34,542 nucleotides of DNA from Gammaproteobacteria bacterium (GCA_049666745.1 JBATHL010000470.1:1-34542), one strand, 5' to 3'; numbered from the stretch's first letter, positions 19,272-28,987 are shown. Numbers and translations are program-made. The notes: generated from the sequence alone by a model not told the origin.

Positions 19272-20878
19272 GTATCCTCGAATCCAGAATCAGTAATCGC
19301 AGTGCGGAATTCGAGCAAAATCAAGCGGCGATGCAGGCCCTGGTCGATGATCTGCACGCGAAAACGGCGGCCATCGCTGCCGGTGGTGGTGAACGCGCCC
19401 GTGAAAAGCATCTGGGTCGTGGAAAATTATTACCGCGCGATCGCATCGACAGGCTGGTCGATGCGGGCTCGCCGTTCCTGGAGATCGGTCAGTTTGCAGG
19501 TTACGAAATGTACGCCGATGACAATGTCGCGGCCGGCGGCTTGATCACCGGAATCGGGCGTATCAGCGGCCAGGAATGCATGATTGTCGCTAACGACGCT
19601 ACCGTAAAAGGCGGCACCTACTATCCGATTACAGTCAAGAAACACTTACGCGCTCAAGCGATCGCCGCCGAAAACCAGCTGCCCTGTATTTACCTGGTCG
19701 ACTCTGGCGGGGCGCATTTGCCGAGCCAGGATGAAGTTTTTCCGGATCGAGACCATTTCGGGCGCATTTTTTTCAACCAGGCCAATATGTCGGCCCGGGG
19801 AATTCCGCAGATCGCGGTGGTAATGGGTTCCTGTACCGCCGGTGGCGCCTATGTGCCGGCCATGTGCGACCAATCCATCATCGTGCGCGAGCAGGGCACC
19901 ATATTCCTGGGCGGGCCGCCGTTGGTGAAAGCCGCTACCGGTGAGGTTGTCAGTGCCGAGGACCTGGGTGGTGCCGATGTGCATGCGCGTATTTCCGGGG
20001 TCGTCGATCATTACGCGCAAAACGATGAGCATGCGCTGTCGCTGGCGCGCGATATTGTCGCCACGTTGAATCGCGTGAAAAATCCTGATATTGCGCTGCG
20101 TACTCCAGTTGAACCCAGTTATCCGGCTGAAGACCTCTACGGCATCGTGCCTGTCAGCCTGCGCAAGCCATTCGATATTCGCGAAATCATTGCGCGCCTG
20201 GTCGATGGCAGTGCCTTCGACGAGTTCAAGCAGCTCTATGGCACGACATTGATCTGTGGCTTTGCGCATCTATATGGCGTTCCGGTTGGCATCGTCGCCA
20301 ACAATGGCATCCTGTTTTCCGAATCGGCATTGAAAGGCGCACATTTTATCGAGCTTTGCGCCAAGCGTCGGATCCCCTTGATTTTTCTGCAAAATATTAC
20401 CGGATTCATGGTGGGGCAAAAATATGAACATGGCGGTATCGCCCGCGATGGCGCCAAGATGGTGACCGCCGTCGCCTGCGCGCGTGTACCCAAGTTGACG
20501 CTGGTGGTGGGTGGCAGCTTCGGCGCCGGCAATTACGCGATGTGCGGGCGTGCCTATGGTGGGCGATTTCTGTGGATGTGGCCGAATGCGCGCATTTCAG
20601 TAATGGGTGGTGAGCAGGCGGCCACCGTGCTGGCACAGGTAAAGCGTGACGGTATCGAAGGCAGGGGTGAGCGCTGGAGTGAGCAGGATGAAGCCAACTT
20701 CAAGCAGCCGATTCAGGATAAATATGACACGCAGGGCCATCCCTATTACGCGTCCGCGCGTCTCTGGGACGATGGCATTATCGACCCGGCTGATTCGCGC
20801 CTGGTGTTGGGGCTCGGCTTGTCGGCGGCGTTGAATGCGCCGATCGAAACCACCGAATTCGGCATCTTCAGGATGTGA
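19268..20878 (+). CDS. liuB: 3-methylcrotonyl-CoA carboxylase, carboxyltransferase (beta) subunit
   Basis: 536 aa. The N-terminus ([44 protein letters not shown]) is typical of MCCase beta. Confidence 0.9.
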   Translation: MSILESRISNRSAEFEQNQAAMQALVDDLHAKTAAIAAGGGERAREKHLGRGKLLPRDRIDRLVDAGSPFLEIGQFAGYEMYADDNVAAGGLITGIGRISGQECMIVANDATVKGGTYYPITVKKHLRAQAIAAENQLPCIYLVDSGGAHLPSQDEVFPDRDHFGRIFFNQANMSARGIPQIAVVMGSCTAGGAYVPAMCDQSIIVREQGTIFLGGPPLVKAATGEVVSAEDLGGADVHARISGVVDHYAQNDEHALSLARDIVATLNRVKNPDIALRTPVEPSYPAEDLYGIVPVSLRKPFDIREIIARLVDGSAFDEFKQLYGTTLICGFAHLYGVPVGIVANNGILFSESALKGAHFIELCAKRRIPLIFLQNITGFMVGQKYEHGGIARDGAKMVTAVACARVPKLTLVVGGSFGAGNYAMCGRAYGGRFLWMWPNARISVMGGEQAATVLAQVKRDGIEGRGERWSEQDEANFKQPIQDKYDTQGHPYYASARLWDDGIIDPADSRLVLGLGLSAALNAPIETTEFGIFRM

Positions 20879-20883
20879 CGCAA

Positions 20884-21001
20884 ATGCCTGCTTTCCAGTT
20901 AGACATCGACACGCAGGGTTGCCAGGCTCACCCCCGATCGAGCCGAAAAGTACCACGCCTGCCTCGAAAAACGTCAACCGTCGTGGGTTAAGGCAAAATA
21001 A
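20884..21001 (+). pseudogene. liuC: Remnant of methylglutaconyl-CoA hydratase (liuC): N-terminal and C-terminal ends only, with a frameshift
   Basis: ATG 20884 gives MPAFQLDIDTQG. The +1 frame from 20918 gives VARLTPDRAEKYHACLEKRQPSWVKAK, ending at TAA 20999..21001, which overlaps the liuD ATG. GVARLTxDRAEKxxA resembles crotonase N-termini, and LEKRQPSW resembles the crotonase C-terminal AFxEKRxPxW/F motif. About 220 central codons are absent. Confidence 0.55.
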
Positions 21002-22983
21002 TGTTCAGCAAAATTCTGATCGCTAATCGCGGCGAAATTGCACTTCGCGTTGCCCGCACGGCACGGCGGCTTGGCATTGGCAGCGTTGCGGTTTATTCGA
21101 CGGCCGACAGTAAGGCGCTGCATATCGAGGCCTGTGACGAGGCTTTTTGCATTGGTGGTGCCGCAGCGAGCGAGAGTTACCTGAACGCTGCCCGAATACT
21201 CGAGGTAGCGCAACAATGCGGTGCCCAGGCAATTCATCCAGGCTATGGCTTTTTGTCTGAAAACGCGGCCTTCGCGCGCGCCTGCGCAGCGGCCGGCATC
21301 GTGTTTATCGGTCCGCCCCCGGATGCTATCGATGCGATGGGTTCAAAGAGTCAGGCCAAGGCGTTGATGGAAACCGCCGGCGTGCCGCTGGTGCCCGGTT
21401 ATCACGGCGATGCGCAGGATGATGACAGGCTCACGCTCGAGTCCCGGCGAGTTGGTTACCCCCAGTTGATCAAGGCGAGCGCCGGTGGCGGCGGCAAGGG
21501 CATGCGTCTGGTCGAGAGTGAAGGGGAATTCGCCGAAGCTCTAGTCTCCGCACGACGCGAGGCCAGTGCGTCATTTGGCGATGACAGGGTCTTGATCGAG
21601 CGCTACCTGCGTAAACCACGTCATGTCGAGATGCAGATATTTGCCGATAGCCATGGTGACTGCGTCCACCTGTTTGAACGTGACTGTTCGATACAGCGCC
21701 GCCATCAAAAGGTAATCGAAGAAGCGCCCGCACCCGGCCTCGATGATGTGTTGCGCAAGTACATGGGGGACGCCGCCATCAACTGCGCGCTGGCAATCGA
21801 TTACGTCGGTGCAGGCACGGTCGAGTTTCTGCTGGATGAAGATGGCAGCTTTTACTTTATGGAAATGAATACGCGCCTGCAGGTAGAGCATCCGGTCACG
21901 GAAATGATAACGGCGCAGGACCTGGTGGAGTGGCAACTGCGAGTTGCGGCGGGGGGAGTCCTGCCCCTGCAGCAATCTGAAATTGTGATGCAGGGACATG
22001 CATTCGAGGCTCGTATCTATGCCGAGACGCCTGCGCGCGACTTTATGCCTGCGGCCGGGCAGATCAGGTACCTGCAACTACCCGAGCCTGGCGAAGGTGT
22101 ACGCGTGGATACCGGGGTTCGTTGTGGCGACTCCATCGGCATCAACTACGATCCGATGATAGCCAAGCTGATTGTGCATGGTCGTGATCGGACTGCAGCA
22201 CTGGCGAAACTCGCCCTGGCGCTGCACGAGTATCAGATTCTCGGCCTCAATACCAACCTGGGATTTCTCGCCAGGCTGGCAGGGAACCCCGCTTTCATCG
22301 CCGCGGAGTTCGATACCAGCTTTATTGCAACTCATCACCAGCGTTTGTTTGCGCAACAGGACGAGCATTTATATCGAGCGCTGATCCTCGCCGCCGCGGC
22401 GATGTTGCCCGCACTCGATAATCGCGTAGCAACCGGTTCCGCTCAATCACCCTGGGATTTACGTGGCCACTGGCGCATGAATTTACCGGCTGACCAGGTC
22501 ATCAGGCTGGAGTGCGACGGCGGGGCATACGAAGTGCTGGTAGAACAGCGACTCGAGGGATGGCATTTCGGCTGTGCCGGCAATGATTATCAACTGACAG
22601 GTGGCTGGATCGATCAACAACGGATGCGCGTGGAGCTGAACCACGAGTCCGTCGAGTTTGCGGTGCTACGCGATTCGGATTCGATCGCGTTGGCTTACCA
22701 GGGTGAGGCGTTCCGCTTCGAAATTCCCACCGCCATCCATGGCGCCGAAAGTGATACGGCCGACGCCGATCATCCCCGGGCACCGATGTCGGGAGCCGTT
22801 GTTGCGCTGCCGGTTACGGTCGGGGATACTGTCGAGCCTGGCGATACGTTGATGATCATCGAAGCTATGAAGATGGAGCATGCCATCGTCGCGCAGGTAG
22901 CTGCGAGCGTCAGCGAAATCCTGTTTGCGGTTGGCGACCAGGTCGAAGAAGGGGATACCCTGGTTTTACTGGAGGTTGAATAG
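21001..22983 (+). CDS. liuD: 3-methylcrotonyl-CoA carboxylase, biotin carboxylase/BCCP (alpha) subunit
   Basis: 660 aa. The biotin carboxylase N-terminus is MFSKILIANRGEIALRV, and the ATP-grasp region contains GGGGKGMR. The C-terminal biotinyl motif is EAMKMEH. Confidence 0.9.
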   Translation: MFSKILIANRGEIALRVARTARRLGIGSVAVYSTADSKALHIEACDEAFCIGGAAASESYLNAARILEVAQQCGAQAIHPGYGFLSENAAFARACAAAGIVFIGPPPDAIDAMGSKSQAKALMETAGVPLVPGYHGDAQDDDRLTLESRRVGYPQLIKASAGGGGKGMRLVESEGEFAEALVSARREASASFGDDRVLIERYLRKPRHVEMQIFADSHGDCVHLFERDCSIQRRHQKVIEEAPAPGLDDVLRKYMGDAAINCALAIDYVGAGTVEFLLDEDGSFYFMEMNTRLQVEHPVTEMITAQDLVEWQLRVAAGGVLPLQQSEIVMQGHAFEARIYAETPARDFMPAAGQIRYLQLPEPGEGVRVDTGVRCGDSIGINYDPMIAKLIVHGRDRTAALAKLALALHEYQILGLNTNLGFLARLAGNPAFIAAEFDTSFIATHHQRLFAQQDEHLYRALILAAAAMLPALDNRVATGSAQSPWDLRGHWRMNLPADQVIRLECDGGAYEVLVEQRLEGWHFGCAGNDYQLTGGWIDQQRMRVELNHESVEFAVLRDSDSIALAYQGEAFRFEIPTAIHGAESDTADADHPRAPMSGAVVALPVTVGDTVEPGDTLMIIEAMKMEHAIVAQVAASVSEILFAVGDQVEEGDTLVLLEVE

Positions 22984-22987
22984 TTCA

Positions 22988-23896
22988 ATGAGTTTTCCCG
23001 GGCAGGTTAAGATTGTCGAGGTTGGGCCGCGTGACGGATTGCAGAACGAAGCCAGCACGGTACCGGCCGAAATCAAGGTTCAATTGATTGAAATGCTAGC
23101 CGACGCCGGCTTGCCGGTTGTCGAATCGGGGGCCTTCGTATCGCCGAAATGGGTTCCGCAAATGGCCACCAGCGCGGAAGTTTTCACTCGAATCAAGCGC
23201 CGCGCCGATGTTTCTTATCCGATGCTGGTGCCCAACCTGAAGGGACTCGAACTCGCGCTTGCGGCAGGCGTCGAAGAGGTCGCGTTGTTTGCCGCATCCA
23301 CGGAAACCTTTTCACAAAAGAATACCAACTGTTCGATCGCCGAAAGCATCGATCGCTTCAACGCCGTAATCGACGAGGCGCAGGCGGCCGGAGTGAAGAT
23401 CCGCGGATATATTTCATGCGTACTGGGTTGTCCGTATGAAGGTGAGGTTTCTTTCGACACGGTTTCTATGATTGCGCAAAAACTGCTGCAGAAGGGGTGT
23501 TATGAAGTGTCCCTGGGCGACACTATCGGGGTCGGCACCGCGGGCCTCGCAACAGAATTGATAGAAGTACTCAGCAGGCAGCTGCCGGTAGCGCAGCTTG
23601 CCGCTCATTTTCATGATACTTATGGCCAGGCGCTGGCAAATATTCACGCGGTGATGCAATGCGGAATTGCGGTCGTCGACAGTTCGGTAGCCGGACTGGG
23701 TGGTTGTCCCTATGCAAAGGGGGCTACCGGTAACGTCGCCACCGAAGACGTGGTTTACATGCTGCACGGCATGGGTATAGAAACCGGGGTTGATATGGAT
23801 AAGCTGCTCGAAGCCGGGCGCTTCATCAGCGATTTTCTCGGACGTGAACCGGTTTCCCGCGCGGCGACCGCATTGCTGCGTAAACAGGCCGGGTAA
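22988..23896 (+). CDS. liuE: Hydroxymethylglutaryl-CoA lyase
   Basis: Track ORF trimmed to the ATG at 22988. VKIVEVGPRDGLQNE and GLGGCPYAKGATGNVATED are HMG-CoA lyase signatures. Confidence 0.9.
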   Translation: MSFPGQVKIVEVGPRDGLQNEASTVPAEIKVQLIEMLADAGLPVVESGAFVSPKWVPQMATSAEVFTRIKRRADVSYPMLVPNLKGLELALAAGVEEVALFAASTETFSQKNTNCSIAESIDRFNAVIDEAQAAGVKIRGYISCVLGCPYEGEVSFDTVSMIAQKLLQKGCYEVSLGDTIGVGTAGLATELIEVLSRQLPVAQLAAHFHDTYGQALANIHAVMQCGIAVVDSSVAGLGGCPYAKGATGNVATEDVVYMLHGMGIETGVDMDKLLEAGRFISDFLGREPVSRAATALLRKQAG

Positions 23897-23900
23897 GCAA

Positions 23901-24479
23901 ATGGGCCTGCCACAAGCGGTTACGCGAGAGAAGAAACATCACCGTAAAATCGACTGTGAAGGCTTCCTGCGCGGCGACGGCCTGTGGGACATCGATGTGC
24001 ATATGGTCGATACGCGCACTTATGACTGTGCTTACGACGAGCTCCATCGAGGTGGCGTCATCAAGGCCGGTGAACCGGTGCATGACATGTGGTTGCGTTT
24101 TACCATCGATCTCGATTTTCTGATCCACGATGTTCATGCCGCCTCGGATCAGACTCCGTTCAGTATCTGTCCGCGCGCGGCAGAAGAAATGCGCAGCCTG
24201 GTTGGTTTGCGTATCGGTCTTGGCTGGATGAAGCAGGTGCGCGAGCGCATCGGTAGCGAGCGCAGTTGCACTCACTTGATGGATTTGCTTGGGCAGTTAG
24301 CGGCAACCTCCTACCAGACCTTGCATGCTGCGCTGGAAGAACGGGAAGCCAAACGTGAGTCGCGTGACAAGCCACCGATTATCGATACCTGTCTCGCGTT
24401 ATCGAGCAGCGGCGAGGTGGTCAAGAGCCGCTGGCCCGAGTTTTATCAGCCACCATCCACGGAGGAATCCCAATCGTGA
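23901..24479 (+). CDS. Conserved hypothetical protein, DUF2889-like
   Basis: Track ORF trimmed to the ATG at 23901, 4 nt after the liuE stop. The 192-aa product contains RSCTHLMDLLGQLAATSYQTL, which I recall as DUF2889-like. This assignment is unverified. GTGA overlap with the next gene. Confidence 0.5.
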   Translation: MGLPQAVTREKKHHRKIDCEGFLRGDGLWDIDVHMVDTRTYDCAYDELHRGGVIKAGEPVHDMWLRFTIDLDFLIHDVHAASDQTPFSICPRAAEEMRSLVGLRIGLGWMKQVRERIGSERSCTHLMDLLGQLAATSYQTLHAALEEREAKRESRDKPPIIDTCLALSSSGEVVKSRWPEFYQPPSTEESQS

Positions 24480-25147
24480 CCATAGCACTGGCTTTCGATA
24501 TCTACGGGACCCTGATCGACCCGCACGGGGTCGTCGATGAGCTGGCGCAGCATGTCGGTGAGCGCGCGCAGGAGTTTTCCGGCATCTGGCGTGACAAGCA
24601 ACTCGAGTATACCTTTCGCCGCGGTTTGATGGGCCGCTATGAAAATTTTGTGGTTTGTACCCGTCAGGCACTGGACTATACCGATAGCCTGCTGCAAACC
24701 AGTCTCGATGAATCTTCGAAGACAGCGTTGATGCAAGTCTATCGTATGCTGCCGGCGTACGCTGATGTGCCCGCCAGTTTGCAGGCACTTGGCGATGCCG
24801 GTTTCCGCATGTTTGGTTTTTCCAACGGCGTTGCCGACGCGGTAAGCGGATTGCTCGAGCACGCCCGGATTGATCAATATTTTGAAGGCGTGGTCAGTGT
24901 CGATACGTTAAGGACATTTAAACCCAACCCGGATGTATACCGGCACTTCATCGATGTGGCCGCCACCGATGCAGAGAATTGCTGGCTGGTTTCAAGCAAT
25001 GGCTTCGATGTCATCGGCGCAGTCTCGGCGGGGATGAAAGCAGCCTGGCTGCAACGCTCCAGTGCCGTGGTGTTTGACCCCTGGGGGATCGACCCAACGC
25101 TTGTGGTACACAGCCTGGGCGAACTATCTGAAAAAATTAATACATAA
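24476..25147 (+). CDS. HAD-superfamily hydrolase, type II 2-haloacid dehalogenase-like
   Basis: The N-terminal nucleophile motif is FDIYGTLID (DxYGT). Later motifs are FSNG, K(FKPNPDVY) and SSNGFDVIGA. GTG start overlaps the upstream stop. Confidence 0.75.
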   Translation: MTIALAFDIYGTLIDPHGVVDELAQHVGERAQEFSGIWRDKQLEYTFRRGLMGRYENFVVCTRQALDYTDSLLQTSLDESSKTALMQVYRMLPAYADVPASLQALGDAGFRMFGFSNGVADAVSGLLEHARIDQYFEGVVSVDTLRTFKPNPDVYRHFIDVAATDAENCWLVSSNGFDVIGAVSAGMKAAWLQRSSAVVFDPWGIDPTLVVHSLGELSEKINT

Positions 25148-25180
25148 AAATCAACGGCTTATGTATAATGAAATTTATTA

Positions 25181-25195
25181 TGTTGCGGTGCAACA
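25181..25195. promoter_or_regulatory. Operator-like palindrome 1 upstream of phaP (TGTTGCGGTGCAACA)
   Basis: 7-1-7 dyad with one mismatch, ending 6 bp upstream of the -35 box. Near-identical copies lie at 25239 and 34218. Confidence 0.5.
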
Positions 25196-25201
25196 AAATG
25201 C

Positions 25202-25230
25202 TTGACTTATCTATATGCAAGCCCTATATT
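25202..25230 (+). promoter_or_regulatory. Sigma70-type promoter of phaP
   Basis: TTGACT (25202..25207), a 17-bp spacer, then TATATT (25225..25230), about 70 bp upstream of the phaP ATG. The promoter is bracketed by two palindromes. Confidence 0.6.
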
Positions 25231-25238
25231 ATGCATAT

Positions 25239-25253
25239 TGTTGCAGTGCAACA
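25239..25253. promoter_or_regulatory. Operator-like palindrome 2 downstream of the phaP -10 box (TGTTGCAGTGCAACA)
   Basis: Perfect 7-1-7 inverted repeat, 8 bp after the -10 hexamer, covering the expected transcription start. Confidence 0.5.
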
Positions 25254-25298
25254 AAATATTTTTAAACCGATTTTTTATTGATCAACGAGGAAATTACC

Positions 25299-25688
25299 AT
25301 GTACGAAGATTTCATGAAAATGGCTCAGGACAGCATGAAGCCGATGCTGAAACTGGCAGAAAACAACACTGCGCTGGCAGTAAAATTGCTGCACAGCCAG
25401 ACTGAAAATGCTGCTGAACTGATGCAAAGCAACCTGGCCCACGTACAGGCGCTGGTGGAAACCAAAGACCTGAACGCCGCGGTTGAAATGCAACAGAAGT
25501 ATGTCGAAACTCTAAACGAAAAGATGGTTACCGTTGCTAAGGATAATGCAGCTGTTGTCGAAGCGGCAGTCAGCGAAGCCGGTAAGATCTTCGAAGGTTC
25601 ACTGGCCGAAGTTCAGGCACAGGCCAGGAAGACCGTCGAAAATATCGAAAAGGAAATGAACAAAGCGGGCAAGAAGAAAGCTGCCTAG
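25299..25688 (+). CDS. phaP: Phasin-family PHA granule-associated protein
   Basis: ATG at 25299 is preceded by GAGGA (the track start at 25278 is TTG). The 129-aa Ala/Glu/Lys-rich helical protein has a phasin-like layout (MAQDSMKPMLKLAENNTALAVKLL, KDLNAAVEMQQKYVE). It lies directly upstream of phaA-phaB. Confidence 0.7.
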   Translation: MYEDFMKMAQDSMKPMLKLAENNTALAVKLLHSQTENAAELMQSNLAHVQALVETKDLNAAVEMQQKYVETLNEKMVTVAKDNAAVVEAAVSEAGKIFEGSLAEVQAQARKTVENIEKEMNKAGKKKAA

Positions 25689-25758
25689 TGTTTGTTCCCT
25701 TGAAATCATGCCAACTCCTCCCGGGATGATTTCAGAAGATTTACTCCTCCAAAGTATT

Positions 25759-25793
25759 GGCCCGGCGGTATAATACCCCCGGGCCTATTTTTT
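25759..25793 (+). terminator. Rho-independent terminator-like hairpin between phaP and phaA
   Basis: A ggcccgg stem, a 13-nt loop and ccgggcc are followed by tatttttt. It may act as a partial terminator giving high phaP versus phaAB expression. Confidence 0.5.
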
Positions 25794-25807
25794 ACAGGAA
25801 CTTAAAA

Positions 25808-26986
25808 ATGACCAAAGTTGTAATAGTAGATGCTGTGCGAACCCCGATCGGGGCCTTCGGTGGGGCTTTGTCATCATTGCCTGCAAGCCATATGGGCGCG
25901 CTGGTGATCAAGGCTCTGCTGGAACGAAACAGTCTCGCGGCGGACCAGGTAGACGAAGTCATCCTCGGCCAGGTATTGACCGCGGGTACCGGACAAAACC
26001 CGGCGCGCCAGGCTGTCATAGAGTCCGGCTTACCGCAGGAATGTCCGGCGCTGACGATAAACAAAGTCTGCGGTAGCGGTTTGAAGGCAGTGCAGTTAGC
26101 CGCGCAGGCGATCAAGTGTGGCGATGCCGATGTCATCATTGCCGGTGGCCAGGAGAATATGAGTGCGTCACCGCATGTGTTGCCAAAGTCTCGTGACGGT
26201 CAGCGCATGGGCGACTGGCAACTGCGCGACACCATGATCGTCGATGGTCTGTGGGATGCCTTTAACGATTACCACATGGGTGTTACCGCGGAAAACATCG
26301 CCAGGAAGTATCAGTTTTCACGCGCTGATCAGGACGCCTTTGCAGCTGCTTCACAGCAGAAAACCGAACAGGCGCAAAACGATGGTGTATTCGCCGATGA
26401 AATCGTCGCGGTAGAAATCCCGCAACGCCGTGGTGACCCGGTTGTTTTTGATCGGGACGAGTATCCCAAGGCCGGCACCAGTGCCGAGGGTCTGGCGAAA
26501 CTGCGTCCGGCGTTTGACCGTGAAGGCACGGTTACCGCTGGTAATGCTTCGGGAATCAATGATGGCGCCGCCGCGTTGCTGGTAATGAGTGAAGACAAGG
26601 CAAATGAACTGGGTCTTACCCCGTTGGCAACCATTTCGGCTTACAGTAGCGCTGGTGTCGATCCGGCAATTATGGGTACCGGTCCGATTCCGGCGTCGAA
26701 GAAATGTCTCGAAAAGGCAGGCTGGACGGTTGATGATCTTGATCTGATCGAATCCAATGAAGCCTTCGCGGCACAATCGATGTCGGTTAACTGCGATATG
26801 GAGTGGGACACCAGCAAGGTGAATATCAGCGGTGGTGCAATTGCGTTAGGCCATCCGATTGGCGCATCCGGCGCACGTGTGCTGGTAACCCTGCTGCATG
26901 GGATGAAGCGTACCAATGCCAAACGAGGCCTGGCAACGCTGTGTATCGGTGGCGGCCAGGGTGTAGCGCTGGCGGTTGAAAGGTAA
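25808..26986 (+). CDS. phaA: Acetyl-CoA acetyltransferase (beta-ketothiolase)
   Basis: Track ORF trimmed to the ATG at 25808 ([19 protein letters not shown]). Motifs [30 protein letters not shown] and [10 protein letters not shown]. Followed by phaB. Confidence 0.9.
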   Translation: MTKVVIVDAVRTPIGAFGGALSSLPASHMGALVIKALLERNSLAADQVDEVILGQVLTAGTGQNPARQAVIESGLPQECPALTINKVCGSGLKAVQLAAQAIKCGDADVIIAGGQENMSASPHVLPKSRDGQRMGDWQLRDTMIVDGLWDAFNDYHMGVTAENIARKYQFSRADQDAFAAASQQKTEQAQNDGVFADEIVAVEIPQRRGDPVVFDRDEYPKAGTSAEGLAKLRPAFDREGTVTAGNASGINDGAAALLVMSEDKANELGLTPLATISAYSSAGVDPAIMGTGPIPASKKCLEKAGWTVDDLDLIESNEAFAAQSMSVNCDMEWDTSKVNISGGAIALGHPIGASGARVLVTLLHGMKRTNAKRGLATLCIGGGQGVALAVER

Positions 26987-27021
26987 GTATTAAAAATTAA
27001 TTTAGCTAAAGGAGAAAAATC

Positions 27022-27744
27022 ATGAGCCGAGTAGCTCTAGTAACAGGCGGCACTCGCGGAATCGGCGAAGCCATTTGCCTGGCGTTGAAAGATGCCGGAT
27101 TTACCGTGGTAGCCACCTACGCAGGTAACGACGACGCGGCGAAGAAATTTACCGCGGACACGGGAATTGAGTCGCACAGGTTCGACGTCGGTAATTACGA
27201 GGAATGTCAGGCCGCGGTTGCAAAGATCGAGAGCGAAGTGGGACCGGTTGAAGTGCTGATCAACAATGCCGGTATTACGCGCGACGGAACCATGCACAAA
27301 ATGACCTTCGAACAATGGAACCAGGTAATCCAGACCAACCTGACTTCCTGTTTCAACATGTGTCACGCAGTACTCGACGGCATGCGCGAGCGTGGTTTTG
27401 GTCGTATCGTCAATATCGGTTCGATCAATGGGCAGGCCGGCCAGTACGGCCAGGTCAACTACGCTGCTGCCAAGTCAGGCATTCACGGATTCACCAAGGC
27501 CCTGGCCCAGGAAGGCGCCGCCAAGGGCATCACCGTCAACGCGATCGCTCCCGGTTACATTGCCACCGAAATGGTGCGTGCAGTGCCTGAGAACGTGCTG
27601 GAAAAAATTGTTGCACGGATCCCGGTCGGTCGTCTCGGCGAAGCCAGCGAGATAGCTCGTGGCGTGGTCTTCCTGACCTCGGACGATGCCGGTTTTATTA
27701 CCGGTTCAACCCTGTCAATCAATGGCGGACAGCACATGTACTAA
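27022..27744 (+). CDS. phaB: Acetoacetyl-CoA reductase (SDR)
   Basis: 240 aa. Motifs VTGGTRGIG, NNAGITRD and YAAAKSG, with a PhaB-like C-terminus GSTLSINGGQHMY. AAGGAG RBS. Confidence 0.9.
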   Translation: MSRVALVTGGTRGIGEAICLALKDAGFTVVATYAGNDDAAKKFTADTGIESHRFDVGNYEECQAAVAKIESEVGPVEVLINNAGITRDGTMHKMTFEQWNQVIQTNLTSCFNMCHAVLDGMRERGFGRIVNIGSINGQAGQYGQVNYAAAKSGIHGFTKALAQEGAAKGITVNAIAPGYIATEMVRAVPENVLEKIVARIPVGRLGEASEIARGVVFLTSDDAGFITGSTLSINGGQHMY

Positions 27745-27767
27745 ATCGGTATCGACTACCGACTAAA

Positions 27768-27800
27768 AGCCGGGGCTCGCAAGGACCCCGGCTTTTTTTT
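27768..27800 (+). terminator. Rho-independent terminator after phaB
   Basis: agccgggg, a 10-nt loop and ccccggct are followed by a T8 run. Confidence 0.8.
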
Positions 27801-27888
27801 GTCCGATTACACAAGTTTCATGTGACCGCGTGAGCTTCGCCTCGACCTCTGCTGGAACAGTGATGCGGATGATTACTCATCCGCTACT

Positions 27889-28791
27889 CTAGTCGCTGCC
27901 AAACAGGTTGAATAAATTGAAATTGTTCTGGTATGGAATCAATTTAGCGGATTTCGATTTTGTCCTGAGCAGTTCGAGATAGAGCGTCATTTGATGATTG
28001 CTTAAATTTTCTTCGTTCAATGGTTTCTGCGTGAACTTGGTCGCTCGTAGCATGCTGTCCATGCCTTGCAGAGTCGAATACTGATTACCGGGCAGCAGAA
28101 TGACCTCTAAACCTGCATGCCAGTAAATGTCGAGATTATTGATATCCAGGGGATCAAACAAGGGTACCAGCGGCACCAGGTCGGAAGGGGTGACTACGCG
28201 GATAAGGTTGATGGACTGAATTTTCTCGGCACCAGTCATATTGGTGACCTTGGGCTGGCCAAACGTGGTGACCTGTTCGATGTCGAACTGGTCGGCATCG
28301 AGATACATTGCCAGTATCAAGGCAACCGCGCCACCCAGGCTGTGGCCCGTGGTGTTAATTTTATAACCAGGTTTAAGCAGGGGTTTCAATTGTGCATAAA
28401 CCTTTCTTGCGGCCAGAGAAAACCCATGATGTAAACGCAAACCTGTTTTCTGATCGTCTACCAATTGAAGATAAATATCGACCATTGCGTTTTCGATGTT
28501 CGAAGTGCCGCGTATCGAGATAACCTGGGTTTCGCTTGCTTCGTTGGTCGCGAGAAAAAACGCTATCTGGATATCTGGAATCGTTTGATAAAACGAGAGC
28601 GTATAATTACCGGACTCGACCAGGGCGAGGATTTCGTCTTTGGACTGATACGCGGCACTGGCAAATACGGCCTGCTTTTGCAGCAGTGCAAAATTAACCG
28701 ACTCTAATTCTTTAGCCGGCAATACCGAGCTGATACTTAACAGCATCATCGCTATCAAGATATTTATCATTTTTAACAAGTGTAGGCTCAT
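27889..28791 (-). CDS. Secreted class-3 lipase-family alpha/beta hydrolase
   Basis: Signal-peptide-like N-terminus MSLHLLKMINILIAMMLLSISSVLPA. Nucleophile elbow GHSLGGAVA preceded by ISIRGTSN, the Lipase_3 pattern. Markedly AT-rich coding sequence. Confidence 0.7.
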   Translation of the reverse strand: MSLHLLKMINILIAMMLLSISSVLPAKELESVNFALLQKQAVFASAAYQSKDEILALVESGNYTLSFYQTIPDIQIAFFLATNEASETQVISIRGTSNIENAMVDIYLQLVDDQKTGLRLHHGFSLAARKVYAQLKPLLKPGYKINTTGHSLGGAVALILAMYLDADQFDIEQVTTFGQPKVTNMTGAEKIQSINLIRVVTPSDLVPLVPLFDPLDINNLDIYWHAGLEVILLPGNQYSTLQGMDSMLRATKFTQKPLNEENLSNHQMTLYLELLRTKSKSAKLIPYQNNFNLFNLFGSD

Positions 28792-28987
28792 GGACGTTTC
28801 TTACTACTATACGCTATGATTGTGCGATTGTTTTCACGTTGATTGTCATCGATCCGGTTAACCTTGTGATTCCAATGCGGTTGAAAATTTTGCCGGGTAA
28901 AACCGGGCTGCTCGTATTGTTGACAGCTTACCAGGGCAGGTATCAACGCCGACAATACGTACCCCTTGCTTCCGAGGCAAACCCAAC

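Noticed and set aside
27865-27884. Hairpin gcggatga-ttac-tcatccgc just downstream of the lipase stop, as a terminator.
   Set aside because: It has an 8-bp stem but no U-tract on the minus strand after it. It may stabilise the mRNA, but it cannot be called an intrinsic terminator with confidence.
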